Source of the DNA: an uncultured delta proteobacterium
Lineage (GTDB): Bacteria > Myxococcota > Myxococcia > Myxococcales > Myxococcaceae
DNA: 64,000 bases
Direction: 5' to 3'
NCBI GenBank assembly: GCA_963713045.1
Contig: CAVQKE010000003.1
Location: forward strand, 352,001 to 416,000
In this document: in pieces, positions 32,226 through 42,013 of the stretch
Layout of the letters: every line of letters starts with the position of its first letter
Position numbering within the stretch: position 1 is the stretch's first letter
Program-made: the position numbers and the translations under genes
Notes under the pieces: model-generated
The model's input: only the letters and a program-made list of their open reading frames with translations
The model's database searches: none
What the model was told of the DNA's origin: nothing

Positions 32226-33080
32226 TCAGTCCGTGGGCGTCTGCGCGGCGCCCCAGGCCTCGCCGCGCTTCCAAGTCACCCGTCCGCTGGTGCCCCAACC
32301 GGCCAGCTTGGCCACCGGTCCCTCCCACTCCATCCAGAAGATGGCGCCCCCGCTGCTGGTGGCCTCATCAAGGCAGGCCACGTACGTCTTCTTCCCGCCT
32401 GGGTGGCCGATTGTGGCCGCCAGGGCTTCGTGCGAATGGCCGCACCAAAGCCAGCTGGGCTGCAGGGTGTCGACCAGCTCCCGCGTCACCGGGTTTCCCA
32501 TCCACGGGCGCACTGGGCGGCCGGAGAGGCGCTGGAAGAGGCCGCGGGGCCATTCGTGGACCAGGAGGAGTTGGAGGGCCGGGGCTTGGCGAAGCCGCTG
32601 CACTTCCGACGTCCGGAAGTAGCCGGCCTGCTTCTGGGTGGCGGGCGTCCGTGGCTCCTGCAGTGGGCTTTCCACGTGGCGAGGGGCGTAAATGCCGGAG
32701 AGCCAGCCCACCTCCAGGCCGCCAAAGCGCCGGTTGCCCACCCGTCCCAGGTAGTGCAGTCCCGCCGCCACCTCGCCTCCCTCGGGAAGGGCGTGCAGGG
32801 CCTCAAAATCCTCGTTGTTGCCGCCGATGAAATACATGGGGCGGTACAGGGTGCGTGGACCGCGGGCGTACTCGGCGAATTCGGCCGGCATCGCGCGCTT
32901 GGTGGCCTTGCGCCGGACGTCGCCCTCCGTTTGGAAGGCCTCCACGTCGCCCACGGCAAACACCACGTCGAGGGCCTGGCCGCGCGCCTCCTCCAGCTCG
33001 CGCAGCCACCCCTGCACTCGGTGAATGCGGCCGTGGATGTCGCCCACACCGGCGATAAACAGGGGACCCCTCCCAAGCAC
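32226..33080 (-). CDS. Calcineurin-like metallophosphoesterase, RNA lariat debranching enzyme (Dbr1)-like
   Basis: GDIHG, GD, FIGGNNE, LPEGGEVA..LHYLG, LSGIY, HEWPRG, GNP...L...LQP and GHSH, in the Dbr1 order and spacing. Confidence 0.85.
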   Translation of the reverse strand: MLGRGPLFIAGVGDIHGRIHRVQGWLRELEEARGQALDVVFAVGDVEAFQTEGDVRRKATKRAMPAEFAEYARGPRTLYRPMYFIGGNNEDFEALHALPEGGEVAAGLHYLGRVGNRRFGGLEVGWLSGIYAPRHVESPLQEPRTPATQKQAGYFRTSEVQRLRQAPALQLLLVHEWPRGLFQRLSGRPVRPWMGNPVTRELVDTLQPSWLWCGHSHEALAATIGHPGGKKTYVACLDEATSSGGAIFWMEWEGPVAKLAGWGTSGRVTWKRGEAWGAAQTPTD

Positions 33081-33154
33081 CCTTCTCTAGCATCGAAGCC
33101 GCCCTTTGCCGTGCCGGGGGGTGGGGGAATTTGTTATTTGGTGAGCGGTGCCCC

Positions 33155-36007
33155 ATGGCCGAACCCGACGTCATCGCCATCCGTGGCGCCAGTGAGCACA
33201 ACCTCAAGTCCGTCTCGCTGGACGTGCCGAAGAAGAAGCTGGTCGTCTTCAGCGGGGTGAGCGGCTCGGGGAAGACTTCGCTCGCCTTCGACACCCTCTA
33301 CGCCGAAGGGCAACGCCGCTACGTGGAGAGCCTCTCCTCCTACGCCCGTCAATTCCTCGGGCAGCTGGAGCGGCCGCGCTACGAGACGTTGCGCGGCCTT
33401 TCGCCCACCATCTCCATTGAACAGAAGTCCGCCAGCAACAATCCGCGCTCCACGGTGGGGACGGTGACCGAGGTGCATGATTACCTCCGGGTGCTGTACG
33501 CCTCCATCGGCGTGCAGCACTGCTGGCAGTGCGGCCGTCGGGTGGGCCGTCAGTCGGCGCAGGCCATTGTGGACGAGGTGATGAAGCTTCCGGCCGGCAG
33601 CCGCCTGATGCTTCTCGCGCCGTTGGTGCAGGACCGCAAAGGCGAGCACCGGGAGGTGCTGACCGAGGCCGCTCGGCGGGGGTTTGCCCGAGCGCGCATT
33701 GACGGGAAGGTGCACCCCCTCGAGGAGCACCTGGCGCTGGACAAAAAAGCCAAGCACACCATCGAGTTGGTGGTGGACCGCCTGGTGTTGAAGCCGGAGG
33801 TGCGGGCCCGCCTGACCGACTCCGTGGAGACGGCGCTCCGGGAGGGCAAGGGCATCCTCATCGTCACCGAGGAGTCCGGGGCTTCTGAGCGCGTCATGTC
33901 CGAGCTGAATGCCTGCCACCACTGCGGCCTCTCCTTCGCCGAACTCACCCCGGCCTCCTTCAGCTTCAACAGCCCGTTGGGCATGTGCCCGGACTGCAAT
34001 GGGCTTGGCACCCGGCCGGAGATGGACCCGGACCTGATTGTGCCGGACCCGCGGCGCACCATCCGAGAGGGCGCGGTGGAGCCCTGGGCCACCGGCATGG
34101 GCAAGGGCGAGGGCTGGACGGCGGAGCTGGTGGAGCAGCTGGCCCGCGCCTTCAAGCTGGACTTGGACACGCCCTGGGAGAAGTTGAGCAAACGCGAGCG
34201 GGACATCGTGCTGCACGGCTCGGCCGGCAAGTCCTTCACCGTCCGCGGCTGGCGAATGGAGTGGGAGGGAATTCTCAACAAGCTGATGAAGGGCTTCCGC
34301 ACCACCCACAGCGAGGGCATGCGGAAGTACTACCTGAAATTCTTCTCCCCCAAGGCTTGCTCCACTTGCCAGGGGGAGCGGCTGCGGCAGGAGGCGCGGG
34401 CGGTGCAGGTCCACGGGCAAACCATCGTCGAGCTGTCACGCAAGACAGTGGCCGAGGCCCGCGCCTTTCTCGCTGGGCTGCAGCTGTCAGCGCAGGAGGA
34501 GCTGGTGGCGCGCGAGCTGTTGCGCGAAATCCAGAGCCGCCTCGGTTTTCTGGTGGACGTCGGCCTGGGCTACCTGACGCTGGACCGCGGCGCGACCAGC
34601 CTTTCCGGCGGGGAGAGCCAGCGCATCCGCCTGGCCTCCCAAATGGGGAGTGAGTTGACGGGCGTCATCTACATCCTCGACGAGCCGTCCATCGGGCTGC
34701 ACCAGCGGGACAACGGCAAGCTGTTGTCGACGCTGAAGCGGCTGCGGGACCTCGGCAACTCCGTCATCGTCGTCGAGCACGACGAGGAGACGATGCGCGA
34801 GTCGGACTACCTGGTCGACTTTGGCCCGGGTGCAGGGGAGCTGGGCGGGCAGGTGGTGGCGCAAGGGACGGTGGAGCAGGTGATTGCCAACCCGGCCAGC
34901 CTCACCGGGGCCTACCTCAGCGGCCGAGCCCGCATTGACGTCCCGGCGCGCCGCCGTCCGCCGGGCGCTGCCAAGCTGGTGGTGGAGGGGGCCCGCGCCC
35001 ACAACCTGCAAGACGTCACCGTTGAATTTCCCTTGGGGCTGCTGGTGGCAGTCACCGGGGTGTCCGGCGCGGGCAAGTCCACCCTGGTCAACGAAGTGCT
35101 GTACCCGGCGCTGGCCCAGAAGCTGAACGGCTCGCGCCAGGTGGCCGGGCGGCACCGGGCGCTGCGGGGGGTGGAACAGCTGGACAAGGTGGTGGACATC
35201 GACCAGCGCCCCATCGGCCGCACGCCGCGCAGCAACCCGGCGACCTACACCAAAGTCTTCGACAGCATCCGGGCCGTCTTCGCCCTCACCCAGGAAGCCC
35301 GCACCTTCGGCTACGGTCCGGGGCGTTTCAGCTTCAACCGCAAGGGCGGCCGCTGTGAGGCCTGCGAAGGCGACGGGGTGAAGCTGGTGGAGATGCACTT
35401 TCTGCCCAACGTCTATGTGCCCTGCGAGGTGTGCGGCGGCAAGCGCTTCAACGACGCTACCCTGCGGGTCCGCTTCAAGGGCAAAAACATCGCCGAAGTG
35501 CTGGCGATGAGTGTCCGCGAGGCGCGCCAGCTTTTCTCCGCCCACCCGGAGATTGAAAGAATTCTCGGGACTCTGGAGGACGTCGGCCTCGGGTACGTGC
35601 GCCTCGGCCAGAGCTCCCCCACCCTGTCCGGCGGAGAGGCCCAGCGCATTAAGCTCAGCCGCGAGCTGGCCCGGGTGGCCACCGGGCGGACCCTCTACAT
35701 TCTGGACGAGCCCACCACCGGGCTTCACTTCGAAGACATCCGCAAGCTGTTGGCAGTGCTGGACCGGCTGGTGGACGCCGGCAACACGGTGGTGGTGATT
35801 GAGCACAACCTGGACGTCATCAAGAGCGCCGACTGGCTGATTGACTTGGGGCCGGAGGGCGGGGCGGCCGGTGGACGGGTGCTGGCCACCGGCACTCCGG
35901 AGCAAGTGGCCCGCAACCCCGAAAGCTTCACCGGCCAGTACCTGGCCAAGCCGCTGGGGGCGAAAGGGCCGGAGCGCACTCGCGCCTCCGCCTCGGCGAC
36001 CGCTTAG
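33155..36007 (+). CDS. uvrA: Excinuclease ABC subunit A
   Basis: Two ABC ATPase halves (GVSGSGKT, LSGGE, GVSGAGKST), zinc fingers and TPRSNPATY. Confidence 0.98.
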   Translation: MAEPDVIAIRGASEHNLKSVSLDVPKKKLVVFSGVSGSGKTSLAFDTLYAEGQRRYVESLSSYARQFLGQLERPRYETLRGLSPTISIEQKSASNNPRSTVGTVTEVHDYLRVLYASIGVQHCWQCGRRVGRQSAQAIVDEVMKLPAGSRLMLLAPLVQDRKGEHREVLTEAARRGFARARIDGKVHPLEEHLALDKKAKHTIELVVDRLVLKPEVRARLTDSVETALREGKGILIVTEESGASERVMSELNACHHCGLSFAELTPASFSFNSPLGMCPDCNGLGTRPEMDPDLIVPDPRRTIREGAVEPWATGMGKGEGWTAELVEQLARAFKLDLDTPWEKLSKRERDIVLHGSAGKSFTVRGWRMEWEGILNKLMKGFRTTHSEGMRKYYLKFFSPKACSTCQGERLRQEARAVQVHGQTIVELSRKTVAEARAFLAGLQLSAQEELVARELLREIQSRLGFLVDVGLGYLTLDRGATSLSGGESQRIRLASQMGSELTGVIYILDEPSIGLHQRDNGKLLSTLKRLRDLGNSVIVVEHDEETMRESDYLVDFGPGAGELGGQVVAQGTVEQVIANPASLTGAYLSGRARIDVPARRRPPGAAKLVVEGARAHNLQDVTVEFPLGLLVAVTGVSGAGKSTLVNEVLYPALAQKLNGSRQVAGRHRALRGVEQLDKVVDIDQRPIGRTPRSNPATYTKVFDSIRAVFALTQEARTFGYGPGRFSFNRKGGRCEACEGDGVKLVEMHFLPNVYVPCEVCGGKRFNDATLRVRFKGKNIAEVLAMSVREARQLFSAHPEIERILGTLEDVGLGYVRLGQSSPTLSGGEAQRIKLSRELARVATGRTLYILDEPTTGLHFEDIRKLLAVLDRLVDAGNTVVVIEHNLDVIKSADWLIDLGPEGGAAGGRVLATGTPEQVARNPESFTGQYLAKPLGAKGPERTRASASATA

Positions 36008-36022
36008 CAGGAGTCCGCCTGA

Positions 36023-36676
36023 GTGCTCCGCGCCGCCATCTACGACATGGACGGGCTGCTCCTCGACTCGGAGCCGTACTGGGTGGAGGCCGAAGTCCAG
36101 GTGCTGGGGGACGTCGGGGTGCCGCTGACGGCCGAGTTGGCGCGCGAGACGACGGGCATGCGGCTGGACGAGGCGGTGGCCCACTGGTACCGCCGCTTCC
36201 CGTGGAAGGGACTGCCCCCGGAGCAGGTGCTGGCGCGGCTGACCGACGCCGCGCATCGCCTCATCCTCGCCCACGCCGAGGCCAAGCCGGGCGTGCCGCA
36301 GTCGCTGCGCGTCTTTGCGAGCCGAGGGATGCGGCTCGCTTTGGCCTCTTCCTCGCCCCTCTCCCTCATCCACCGGGTGGTGGAAAAGCTCGGGCTTCTG
36401 GGCCAATTCGAACTGACCGTCTCCGCCGAAGGCGAAGCACACGGCAAGCCTCACCCAGCGGTGTACCTGACCTGCGCCCGCCGACTGGGGGTCAGCCCTC
36501 AAGAATGCGTGGCGCTGGAGGACTCAGTGAATGGGCTGACGTCGGCGCGGGCGGCCGGCATGCACGTCATCGCCGTCCCCGAAGCGGCCCACCGGGAGGA
36601 CGCCCGCTTTCAGTTGGCCGACGTGGTGGTCAACTCTCTTCTGGAAATCGACGCACGTTTGCTGGATGGTCTGTGA
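36023..36676 (+). CDS. hxpB: HAD family phosphatase (HxpB/YniC-like hexitol phosphatase)
   Basis: DMDGLLLDSEPYW, LASSS, GKPHPAVYL and LEDSVNG. Confidence 0.8.
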   Translation: MLRAAIYDMDGLLLDSEPYWVEAEVQVLGDVGVPLTAELARETTGMRLDEAVAHWYRRFPWKGLPPEQVLARLTDAAHRLILAHAEAKPGVPQSLRVFASRGMRLALASSSPLSLIHRVVEKLGLLGQFELTVSAEGEAHGKPHPAVYLTCARRLGVSPQECVALEDSVNGLTSARAAGMHVIAVPEAAHREDARFQLADVVVNSLLEIDARLLDGL

Positions 36677-36763
36677 AACGCCTGACCGCGCACACGCTTG
36701 CACGGTGAGGCTTTCTTTCCCCGGGGGGCGTGCCCCTGGACGTCCCAGCCTCTTGAGGCCTCT

Positions 36764-38782
36764 ATGCTGAACAGTTTTCGACTGCTGGCAGGGGCCCCCG
36801 GTTTCGGCCGCGTGACGCTGCTCCTCGTGGCGACGGGTACGCTGGCGCAAACCCCTCCGCCTGCGCCCGCTTCTGCCCCGGCCGCCACAGCGTCCTACAC
36901 CGGCCACGGGGCCGGCAGCGTTTCCGCGGAAGTGCTGGCCAAATTCGCGCCGCCAACCATTCCGCCTGCGGTCAGTCGGCGCATCCAGTCGATGCTCGAC
37001 GTCCGCTCGCCGGGTCCAGGAATCGTCTCGCCGGATGGCAAGCGGCTGTTCTTCAGCTGGACGGTCACCGGCACCTCCCAGCTGTGGCGTCTGGACGGCC
37101 CCCAGCGCTTCCCGGTCCAGCTGACTGGAGGGGAGGACCGCACCACACTGGTGGACGTCGCCCCCGACGGCAGCTACCTGCTGATTCAGAGAGACCAGGG
37201 CGGGGCGGAGTACCCCGGGCTGTACTGGCAGTCGCCCGAGGGCGGCCCGCTGGGGCTTATTCAGCACCTCCCGCGGGTGCAAACCATAGGACAATTCATC
37301 TCCGACGACTCGCGCTACGTCTACTTCCGCGCCAATGACGTCAAGGCCGACTCCTACGCCATCTACCGCTGGGAGAAGGCGACTGGCACCAAGGAGAAGG
37401 TCTTCGAGCAGGACGGACTGTGGTTTGTGGCCGACCACCGCCCCGATGGCCGGCTGCTGCTCATCAAGGAGTTGGGCAGCACCGTGAGTGAGGTCTACGA
37501 ATGGAACCCGGGGCCAAAGACGCTTCGCCCCATCATCGGTCAGGGAGAGCGCGAGGAATACGCGGCCCTCTACGGAGCGGCCGACGACGAGGTGCTCATC
37601 CTGACTCCGAAGCTGGGCGAGTTCCGGCGCCTCTACCGGTGGCGCCTGGGGACGCTTGAGCCGGTAACGCCGGAGATGAAGTACGACGTCTCGGACTTTC
37701 TCATTGACCAGCCGCGCACCCGCATCCTGTACACCGTCAATGAGGACGGCTTCCTGCGCCTGCACAGCCTGGACGCACGGTCCTTCAAAGTCCTCAGCCT
37801 TCCCAAGCTGCCGGACGCGGACCGCGTCTTTCCGTCGGCGTTTAGCGCCAACGGCCGCTATGCCACGGTGAGTGTCGACACCGGCACTGCCCCGGTCATC
37901 GGCTACGTCTTGGACTTGAAGACTGGCAAGGCAACGCAGTGGCAGTTGCCGAGCGCGCCGGAGGTGAATCTCTCGCTCGTGGTGCGCGCCAAACTCGACT
38001 CCTACCCGGCCCGAGACGGGACGCACATTCCGATGCTGGTCCGCCGTCCGCTGAAGTGCACCGAGCCCTGCCCGGTGGTCGTCGAATTCCACGGCGGCCC
38101 GGAGGGGCAGTCCACCCCCAGGTTCGACCCCCTGGGGCAACTCTTTGTGGACGCAGGCTTCGTCTACGTCCAGCCCAATGTCCGTGGCAGCGACGGCTAT
38201 GGGAAGAGCTGGTTCCACGCCGACGATGGACCGAAGCGGCTGAACATCATCACCGACATCGAGGACTGCTCGAAGTACATCCGGGCGGCATGGGCGGTCG
38301 GTGGCAAAGCCCCCAAACTTGGAATCTTCGGCGGAAGCTACGGTGGCTATTCCTCCCTCATCGGGATGACGATGTTCGCCGGCGCCTACGATGCCGGGGT
38401 GGACATCGTCGGCATCTCTAACCTGGTCACCTTCCTCAACAACACCGCCCCCTACCGGCGCGCGCTGCGCATCAACGAATATGGGGACCCCGAGAAGGAC
38501 AAAGACGCACTCATCAAGCTCTCGCCCATCACCTACATCGACCGGGTGAAGGCACCGTTGCTCATCATCGCCGGCGCCAATGACCCGCGGGTGCCGGTGG
38601 GCGAGGCCATCCAGATGCATGACGCGCTGGAGAAGCGGGGCATCAAGAGCCCCCTCATCATCTTCCCCGACGAAGGCCATGGGGCAGCCAAGCGGGCCAA
38701 CCGGGTCGTGGAATTTGGCGCCGTCCTCGACTTTTTGGAGCAGACGCTGCAGCCAGCGGTGACGTCGGCCTCGCGCCCCTAG
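36764..38782 (+). CDS. Secreted S9 family (prolyl oligopeptidase) peptidase
   Basis: Beta-propeller followed by HGGPE, GGSYGG, NDPRVP and DEGHG (Ser-Asp-His triad). Confidence 0.95.
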   Translation: MLNSFRLLAGAPGFGRVTLLLVATGTLAQTPPPAPASAPAATASYTGHGAGSVSAEVLAKFAPPTIPPAVSRRIQSMLDVRSPGPGIVSPDGKRLFFSWTVTGTSQLWRLDGPQRFPVQLTGGEDRTTLVDVAPDGSYLLIQRDQGGAEYPGLYWQSPEGGPLGLIQHLPRVQTIGQFISDDSRYVYFRANDVKADSYAIYRWEKATGTKEKVFEQDGLWFVADHRPDGRLLLIKELGSTVSEVYEWNPGPKTLRPIIGQGEREEYAALYGAADDEVLILTPKLGEFRRLYRWRLGTLEPVTPEMKYDVSDFLIDQPRTRILYTVNEDGFLRLHSLDARSFKVLSLPKLPDADRVFPSAFSANGRYATVSVDTGTAPVIGYVLDLKTGKATQWQLPSAPEVNLSLVVRAKLDSYPARDGTHIPMLVRRPLKCTEPCPVVVEFHGGPEGQSTPRFDPLGQLFVDAGFVYVQPNVRGSDGYGKSWFHADDGPKRLNIITDIEDCSKYIRAAWAVGGKAPKLGIFGGSYGGYSSLIGMTMFAGAYDAGVDIVGISNLVTFLNNTAPYRRALRINEYGDPEKDKDALIKLSPITYIDRVKAPLLIIAGANDPRVPVGEAIQMHDALEKRGIKSPLIIFPDEGHGAAKRANRVVEFGAVLDFLEQTLQPAVTSASRP

Positions 38783-38785
38783 GAC

Positions 38786-40288
38786 CTAAGTCGCAGCCGC
38801 CGGCGCAACCGTCACGTCCTCCGCCCCGTGCATCATCCGGTGGAGGGTACCGGAAAGCGTCAGCAGCACCAGACCCGCGGCGGCCGTGCCGAGGACGATG
38901 ATTCCAAACATGGTTTGGTCGCCGACGCGCTCGGCAGCGCCGCCGAGCATCCCCGCTAGCTTGTTGGCCGTCGCGTTGGAAAGGAACCACACCCCCATCA
39001 GGGCCGAGGCGAACCGGGCGGGGGCAAGCTTGGTCACCATCGACAGCCCCACCGGGGAGAGAGCGAGCTCTCCCCAGGTATGGAAGAGGTAGGCGCCGAC
39101 CACCCACAGCAGCGCCGCCTTGCCGTCGGCGGCACTCTGCCTGGCGGCGCCGTACATCAGGACGAAGCCGGCGGACACCAGCAGCAGGCCAATCGCCATT
39201 TTGCTCGCCGTGTGCGGCTCCTTGCCGCGACTGGCGAGCCAAGTCCACATCATCGCAAACAGCGGCGCGAAGATGACGATGAAGAGTGAGTTGACGGACT
39301 GGAACCAGGTGGTGGGAACGGTCCACTGGAAGACGCTGCGGTCGACCTTGGTGTCGGTGTAGAGATTCATCAGGCCACCGGCCTGCTCGAAGGCCGCCCA
39401 GAAAAAGACGACGAAGAGCACCAGGACGAAGATGACGATGACCCGGTCGCGCTCGTCTTTGCTCAGCTTTCCGAAGAAGACCAGGTAGAGGAAAAAGCCG
39501 AGCATCGTCCCGACGATGGCGCACAGCAGCACCACGTCCCAATTCACACGACCGGCCAGCGGCCCTTTGACGGCAAGCCAGGCCAGTGCCGCCAGCACCA
39601 CCGCCGCCACCGCCAGGCCCGTCAGGAAGCGCCTCACCTCTTTGGCCGAGGGCTTTTCTTTGAGGATTCCAATGCCCGGGAGCAGCTTGCCCTTCAAGGC
39701 GAGGAAGGTGGCCACACCGATGGCCATGCCCAAGCCGGACAGCGCAAAGCCGAAGGACCAGTCGACCTTCTCGGCGAAGCCCCCGGCGATGAGGGGTCCA
39801 AGAAAGCCTCCCAGGTTGATGCCCATGTAGAAGATGGTGAAGGCGTTGTCGCGTCGCCGGTCGCCCGGCGCGTACAGCTGCCCCACCATGGTGGAGATGT
39901 TGGCTTTGAAGAAGCCATTGCCCACCACCAGGACGGCCAGGCCGGCGTACAGCGTCGGCGCCGACTTCAGCGCGCAGAGGAATTGGCCGAGCATCATCAG
40001 CGTTCCGCCCAGCACCACCGACAGCCGCTGCCCCAGAAAGCGGTCGGCGATGTAACCCCCCAGCACCGGCGTCAAGTACACCAGGCCGGTGTAGGTCCCG
40101 TAGAGGCTCAGCGCTTGGCTGCGCGACCAGCCCAAGCCCCGGGTGGCGTCCACCAAGTACAGCACCAGAAAGGCGCGCATCCCGTAGTACTGGAAGCGCT
40201 CGAAGGCCTCGGTGAAGAAGAGGAGGTACAGCCCGCGGGGGTGTCCCTTCCCGCTGGACGCGGTAACGGCGGCGGTGGCGGTCGTCAT
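38786..40288 (-). CDS. POT/PTR family proton-dependent oligopeptide transporter
   Basis: EAFERFQYYGM (ExxERF), GGYIADRFLG, FYMGINLG and GELALSPVGLS. Confidence 0.95.
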   Translation of the reverse strand: MTTATAAVTASSGKGHPRGLYLLFFTEAFERFQYYGMRAFLVLYLVDATRGLGWSRSQALSLYGTYTGLVYLTPVLGGYIADRFLGQRLSVVLGGTLMMLGQFLCALKSAPTLYAGLAVLVVGNGFFKANISTMVGQLYAPGDRRRDNAFTIFYMGINLGGFLGPLIAGGFAEKVDWSFGFALSGLGMAIGVATFLALKGKLLPGIGILKEKPSAKEVRRFLTGLAVAAVVLAALAWLAVKGPLAGRVNWDVVLLCAIVGTMLGFFLYLVFFGKLSKDERDRVIVIFVLVLFVVFFWAAFEQAGGLMNLYTDTKVDRSVFQWTVPTTWFQSVNSLFIVIFAPLFAMMWTWLASRGKEPHTASKMAIGLLLVSAGFVLMYGAARQSAADGKAALLWVVGAYLFHTWGELALSPVGLSMVTKLAPARFASALMGVWFLSNATANKLAGMLGGAAERVGDQTMFGIIVLGTAAAGLVLLTLSGTLHRMMHGAEDVTVAPAAAT

Positions 40289-40452
40289 GCGGCCTCTGGG
40301 GCGACGGCTTCCCTTTGGGGCTACAAGGGAGCCGGCCCTCAGCGTCGTAGCAGAAGCCCAGCCGGCCCGCTGACGCAAAAGCCGCGTCGCACCCAGGGCC
40401 CTGGCGTCAAGCGGCGAGCGGCGTTACAGGCACTGCGAAGAATCGCCCCGCC

Positions 40453-41391
40453 ATGGCCATCGCACTCGACAGTCTGGACTTGGAAGCGGAGGTCCGTCGC
40501 CTCAAGAGGGAGCTGAATGCCGTCATCCTGGCCCACTACTACCAGGACAGCGACGTGCAGGACGTCGCGGACTTCGTCGGGGACAGCCTCGCCTTGGCGC
40601 AGGAGGCGGCCAAGACGAATGCCGACACCATTGTCTTCTGCGGCGTCCACTTCATGGCCGAGACGGCCAAAATCCTCAACCCCCAGAAGCTGGTGCTGCT
40701 GCCGGACCTCAAGGCCGGCTGCAGCCTTTCGGACCGCTGCCCGCCGGCGGCCTTTCGGGCCTTTGTCGACCAGCATCCGGGGGCCTTCGTGGTGACGTAC
40801 GTCAACAGCTCGGCCCAGGTGAAGGCGATGAGCGACGTCATCTGCACTTCCTCCAACGCGGCGCGCATCGTGGCCCGCTCGCCCCAGGACCGGCCGCTCC
40901 TCTTCGCCCCGGACCAGCACCTCGGCCGCTGGGTGATGAAGCAAACCGGCCGGCAAATGGTGCTGTGGCCGGGCAGCTGCATGGTGCACGAGATTTTCAG
41001 CGAGAAGCGCCTGGTGCAGCTCAAGACGCAGCACCCGGACGCCCAGGTGGTGGCCCACCCGGAATGCGAGGCCAGCGTCCTGCGCCATGCCGACTATGTC
41101 GGCAGCACCCGCGGCATCCTCGAGCACGTGCTGCACAGCGATTGCCGCACCTTCATCGTCGCGACCGAGGTGGGCATCCTGCACCAAATGCAGAAGCGGG
41201 CGCCGGAGAAGACGTACCTGGCGGCGCCTCCAGACAATGGCTGTGCGTGCAATGAGTGCCCGCACATGAAACTGAACACCCTGGAAAAGCTGGTCCAATG
41301 CATGCGCAAGCGCACGCCGGAGCTGTCCATGCCCGCTGACTTGCTGGAGGCGGCCCGAGCGCCCCTGGCGAGGATGCTGGCCTGGTCCTAA
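40453..41391 (+). CDS. nadA: Quinolinate synthase
   Basis: [33 protein letters not shown] and CPHMK. Confidence 0.97.
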   Translation: MAIALDSLDLEAEVRRLKRELNAVILAHYYQDSDVQDVADFVGDSLALAQEAAKTNADTIVFCGVHFMAETAKILNPQKLVLLPDLKAGCSLSDRCPPAAFRAFVDQHPGAFVVTYVNSSAQVKAMSDVICTSSNAARIVARSPQDRPLLFAPDQHLGRWVMKQTGRQMVLWPGSCMVHEIFSEKRLVQLKTQHPDAQVVAHPECEASVLRHADYVGSTRGILEHVLHSDCRTFIVATEVGILHQMQKRAPEKTYLAAPPDNGCACNECPHMKLNTLEKLVQCMRKRTPELSMPADLLEAARAPLARMLAWS

Positions 41392-41425
41392 GCACGGCTG
41401 GCCTTTGGTGCGGTGCCCTGTGGTA

Positions 41426-42010
41426 ATGCCTTCCGTCACGCCCGTGGCTACCCGCTTCTTCTCTCTTCCCTCGCACCTGTTGGTGGCGCCGCCCCAGCTG
41501 CTTCCGGCGGACCGCATTTTCGAGCCGGAGCTGCCGGCCGTCGTCGGGGCGGTTGACCGGGCCATCACCGGAGCGGAGTTTCGCGACCAGCGGCTGCCGG
41601 AGCGACTGGAGCAGCTGCTGGCGGAATCAGAACGCTACGCGGCGCCTGCTGCCGACGCCGGACCCTCCATCATCCTGGCCCGGCCACCGGCGGACTTACC
41701 CGCGCTGTTGCGCACCGCAGACCAGCTGGAGTCGATGGCGGTCGACACCGACGGGGAGCGCGCGCTGGTGTGGAAGTGCGAGAAGTGCGGGACCCGCTAC
41801 GCCGTCCCCGTGGCCTTGGCTCGGGACGTGGCCATCCATTGCGAGCACTGCGGCCAGACGGTGCAGCTGCTTCGCACGCGCTCGCTGGGAGAGCAGTCGC
41901 TGATGGACCCGCACCACAGCGCGGTGAATGTCGCCCGACGCGCCTTGGCTGCCTTCTTCCGCGAGTCGATGGCCCGGGGCTGGCCGGTTCTCGTCAGCCG
42001 CAAGCGGTAG
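41426..42010 (+). CDS. Hypothetical protein with inserted zinc ribbon
   Basis: CEKCG...CEHCG; ends 3 nt before the next gene. Start uncertain. Confidence 0.7.
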   Translation: MPSVTPVATRFFSLPSHLLVAPPQLLPADRIFEPELPAVVGAVDRAITGAEFRDQRLPERLEQLLAESERYAAPAADAGPSIILARPPADLPALLRTADQLESMAVDTDGERALVWKCEKCGTRYAVPVALARDVAIHCEHCGQTVQLLRTRSLGEQSLMDPHHSAVNVARRALAAFFRESMARGWPVLVSRKR

Positions 42011-42013
42011 CGC

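Noticed and set aside
33081..33154. LexA/SOS box upstream of uvrA
   Set aside because: I could not see a match to a myxobacterial (GTTC-containing) or E. coli-type LexA box.
40453..41391. nadA without nadB/nadC as an unusual NAD pathway
   Set aside because: Dispersed nad genes are common, and the rest of the genome is not visible.
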